NCBI RefSeq assembly: GCF_006345805.1
Contig: NC_043023.1
Coordinates: 12,152,001-12,216,000, forward strand
From: Octopus sinensis
Taxonomy: Eukaryota
Length of the DNA: 64,000 nucleotides
Direction of reading: 5' to 3'
The translations under genes were made by a program, and so were the position numbers. The notes under the pieces were generated by a model. That model did not search any database. It was not told where the DNA came from and was given only the letters and a program-made list of their open reading frames with translations. This document shows positions 60,648 to 64,000 of this stretch, piece after piece (the stretch's first letter is position 1; each line of letters starts with the position of its first letter).

Positions 60648-61032
60648 GGTGCAGGAGTGGCTGTGTGGTAAGTAGCTTGCTTACCAACCATATGGTTCCG
60701 GGTTCAGTCCCACTGCGTGGCATCTTGGGCAAGTGTCTTCTACTATAGCCTCAAGCTGACCAAAGCCTTGTGAGTGGATTTGGTAGATGGAAACTGAAAA
60801 GAAGCCCGTCGTATATATGTATATATAATGTGTGTGTTTGTCCCCCTAGCATTGCTTAACAACCAATGCTGGTGTGTTTATGTCCTCCGTAACTTAGCAG
60901 TTTGGCAAAAGAGACCGATAGAATAAGTACTAGGCTTACAAAGAATAAGTCCTGGGGTCGATTTGCTCGACTAAAGGCAGTGCTCCAGCATGACCACAGC
61001 CAAATAACTGAAACAAGTAAAAGAGTAAAGAG
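60648..61032 (+). mobile_element. SINE-A in ZF9 3' region
   Basis: Full copy, inverted relative to 59904-60309. Confidence 0.85.
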
Positions 61033-61338
61033 TATCTCAGATAGATATAAGCAGTGGTGGGACGATAGAGCAGTTGTATACTGTCTCAAAATATCTGTCT
61101 CTGAGATATTTAGAAATTTAATATTTCTATTTTTTTTGTAATTATGACTATGTTTTCTGCTAAAAGATGTTTTTTTATCTCTTCACGTTTGACATTGTCA
61201 ACTTCAATTTCATCGATGACTTCAAATTCATGAATATGAACCTGAATGTTATGTATATATGTAAATATATCAACTCAACAAGGACTTCGATTTCTTTAAG
61301 AGGATTGTGCTGGATTTTTGAGGAATTTATTATGAGAG

Positions 61339-61365
61339 AATAAAGAAATGGGAATAATGAATAAA
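61339..61365 (+). terminator. ZF9 conserved polyadenylation signals
   Basis: AATAAA at 61339-61344 and 61360-61365 in the family 3'-UTR block. Confidence 0.6.
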
Positions 61366-61603
61366 AAATTAAATTGACATTGATTTTGTCAGTGTTGTGT
61401 TCTCATCATCATCCTTTAGCGGAAATTTTTTTATATGCATGGCGGGGGCAGTGTGACATGAGCTGGCAAACCATAATGCTGCACTAGGTTTCCAATCTGA
61501 TTTGTTTGGGTTTCTTTGGGTGTATTCTCCTAATGCTAACCAGTTTACAGTTCATGCCATGTGCTGTACATATATATGTATGTGTCTGTGTGTGTGTATG
61601 CAA

Positions 61604-61627
<24 letters not shown>

Positions 61628-61634
<7 letters not shown>

Positions 61635-61940
61635 ATATTAATTAGAGACAAAACCACTATTTTGCAAAACAAACAAGGAAAGACTTAATCAATACATAAA
61701 ATTTTATTTTTTACTTTTTTAATTTTTTTACTTTTTATTTTTTACTTTTTATTTTTTATTTTTTACTTTTTATTAAATTTTTATGTATTGATTAAGTCTT
61801 TCCTTGTTTGTTTTGCAAAATAGTGGTTTTGTCTCTAATTAATATTATATAATATTTTACTATAAAATTGGATTTAATCCTAAATCTGATTTTTTCCCTG
61901 TAAATTTGGATTTATTCCCTAATATTTATTATTATATATA
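61628..61940 (+). repeat. AT-rich element with about 75-bp inverted 5' arm, same family as 19160-19340
   Basis: Arms about 61628-61702 and 61777-61851; 61780-61935 matches the tail downstream of HHR-a. Confidence 0.8.
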
Positions 61941-61987
61941 TATATATATATATATACTCAAAAATAAGCAACAAGAATGAATCCGGT

Positions 61988-62078
61988 AATTTAGTACAAT
62001 TGTTTCATACTACAACATTTTATTAAAAGCTGTAAATATTAAAGCAGTTATAAGATGTCAAGTAATCTTCAGCTAATT
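61988..62078 (-). ncRNA. Type I hammerhead ribozyme motif with long helix II (HHR-c)
   Basis: UUAG CUGAAGA [about 60-nt imperfect hairpin] GAAA C-AAUU-G UA^ CUAA; helix III identical to HHR-a. Confidence 0.65.
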
Positions 62079-62491
62079 TTATATTATATTATTGGAAAAC
62101 CTATATGAAATTAGCTGAAGATTACTCGGCATCTTAAAACTGCTGTAATATTGGAAACCTAGTGCAGCATTATGGTTTGCCAGCTCATGTCACACTGCCC
62201 CTGCCATGCATATAAAGAAATTATAATCACCGCGCATATTTTTATGGGTCACACCATAAAAAATTCTGGTGCATCTAAGTTAAGTGCCATATTCACTTGA
62301 ATCTAAATTGTTGCTGAACTTAGATATGATTTTTGATTTTTTTGATTTTGATTTTTTCCAGTTTCAGCTTATGAGCTGTGGCCATGCTGGGGCACCGCCA
62401 TATATATATATATATATAGGGTGGGGAATACTCGTTATAAATATCACCACCAGTGGCCTAGAATGTATTAAAAGTCAATAGACAACATATT

Positions 62492-62762
62492 CGTATTTCA
62501 AAATAGAAAATTACCCTTTAACAGGTAATTTTACATGCTAGAAATAGCAGCCAACACGGCCAAAAACCACAATTTTATACTTCGAAATTTGCTATAAAAT
62601 TGTGGTTATACCATCGTATAACCGTTATATAACAAGGTAAAGGTTTTTATTTTTCATTTACTTCGAAATTTGCTATAAAATTGTGGTTTTTTAGCCGTGT
62701 TGCCTGCTATTTCTAGCATGTAAAATTACCTGTTAAAGGAAAATTTTCTATTTTGAAATACG
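62492..62762. mobile_element. MITE with about 90-bp TIRs
   Basis: CGTATTTCAAAATAGAAAATT... and its reverse complement; TSD not resolved. Confidence 0.7.
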
Positions 62763-63058
62763 TATACATACATACATGCATGCATGTATGTATGTATACA
62801 TATTTCAAAATACGTTATGTCATTTTTAGCACAGTGTCAACAGACATACTTTCGAGAGATGTGGTAAAAATAGCAGCCAAATAGACCTTAAGTCAAGCAG
62901 CCCGTAATTTTTTAAACAAAATACGGGTACTAAGCAGTGGTGTGTATAAATGCAATGTTATTACCATTTTGGATATGTCGGTGACAGGTTCAAACTCATA
63001 CACATTCATTGTTTTGTTATGAAGAAAATTTCTTCTTGTAGAGAAAAAATGTAAATAG

Positions 63059-63444
63059 GCATAGGAGTGGCTGTGTGGTAAGTAGCTTGTTTACCAACAA
63101 CATGACTCTGGGTTCAGTCCCACTGCGTGGCACTTTGGGCAAGTGTCTTCTACTATAGCCCCGGGCCGACCAATGCCTTGTGAGTGGATTTGGTAGATGG
63201 AAACTGAAAGAAGCCCATCGTATATATGCATATATATGTTTGTGTGTCTGTGTTTGTCCGACCAACACCGCTAGACAACCGATGGTGTGTTTACATCCCC
63301 GTAACTTAGCGGTTCGGCAAAAGAGAACGATAGAATAAGTACTGGGCTTACAAAGAATAAGTCCCAGGGTCGATGTACTCGACTAAAGGCGGTGCTCCAG
63401 CATGGCCGCAGTCAAATGACTGAAACAAGTAAAAGAGAAAGAGA
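63059..63444 (+). mobile_element. SINE-A flanked by 132-bp direct repeats
   Basis: 62927-63058 repeated at 63445-63577. Confidence 0.85.
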
Positions 63445-63746
63445 GTACTAAGCAGTGGTGTGTATAAATGCAATGTTATTACCATTTTGGATATGTCGGT
63501 GACAGGTTCAAACTCCTACACATTCATTGTGTTTTGTTATGAAGAAAATTTCTTCTTGTAGAGAAAAAATGTAAATACACCTAAATCAGATTTACACCAT
63601 TTGTCTAGAGCCAGAAATTTTACACCATGGAAGTGGATCCAGGCAATGACTTACCCCAACATGTCAAATCAAGATGTAGAGATTTTATTTATTGCTTTAG
63701 TTTATTCTTATACCTAAAGATAGGTTTTCCTGTCACGATATCCATC

Positions 63747-63962
63747 GGTGGCAAGCTGGTAGAATCGTTAGCATACCGGTCAAAATGCTTAGCGGTATTT
63801 CATCTGTCTTTACATTCCGGGTTCAAATTCTGTCGAGGTTGACTTTGCCTTTCAGCCTTTTAGGATCGATAAATTAAGCACCAGTTATGCACTGGGGTTG
63901 ATATAATCGACTTAATCTGTTTGTCTTCTCTATGTTTAGCTCCTTGTGGGTAGTAAAGAAAT
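63747..63962 (+). mobile_element. SINE-B
   Basis: Head, core and tail. Confidence 0.75.
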
Positions 63963-64000
63963 ATGATAGAATCAAGATATAGTGGAGCAAGAATGTGAAA

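Overview
Eukaryotic, AT-rich, repeat-dense DNA; the SINE families, (TA)n microsatellites and finger-only C2H2 genes point to a coleoid cephalopod, most likely Octopus (inference). The window is a tandem C2H2 zinc-finger cluster: eight ORFs (ZF1, ZF2, ZF4-ZF9), one pseudogene (ZF3) and two gene relics. Each gene has a non-coding first exon, one intron, and a last exon holding leader, the whole finger array and 3' UTR; no KRAB/ZAD/BTB-type effector domain is visible. Two subfamilies exist: one with a conserved CTCF-like element near the first exon (ZF1/2/6/7/9; ZF3/8 share the leader and 3' UTR), one with an ETS+NRF1-type promoter (ZF4/5). Between genes lie tRNA-derived SINEs, RTE/CR1/Penelope fragments, a Helitron, and several MITE families with readable TSDs. 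Best leads: three hammerhead-ribozyme motifs with palindromic helix III, the CTCF-like promoter element, an ATG-AGA-AAA-TAG followed by an intact conserved finger in ZF4/ZF5 (candidate UAG recoding), finger-order shuffling plus an ectopic single-finger copy, and long dsRNA-forming repeats in ZF9. All alignments and folds were done by eye; repeat boundaries without a TSD are approximate.
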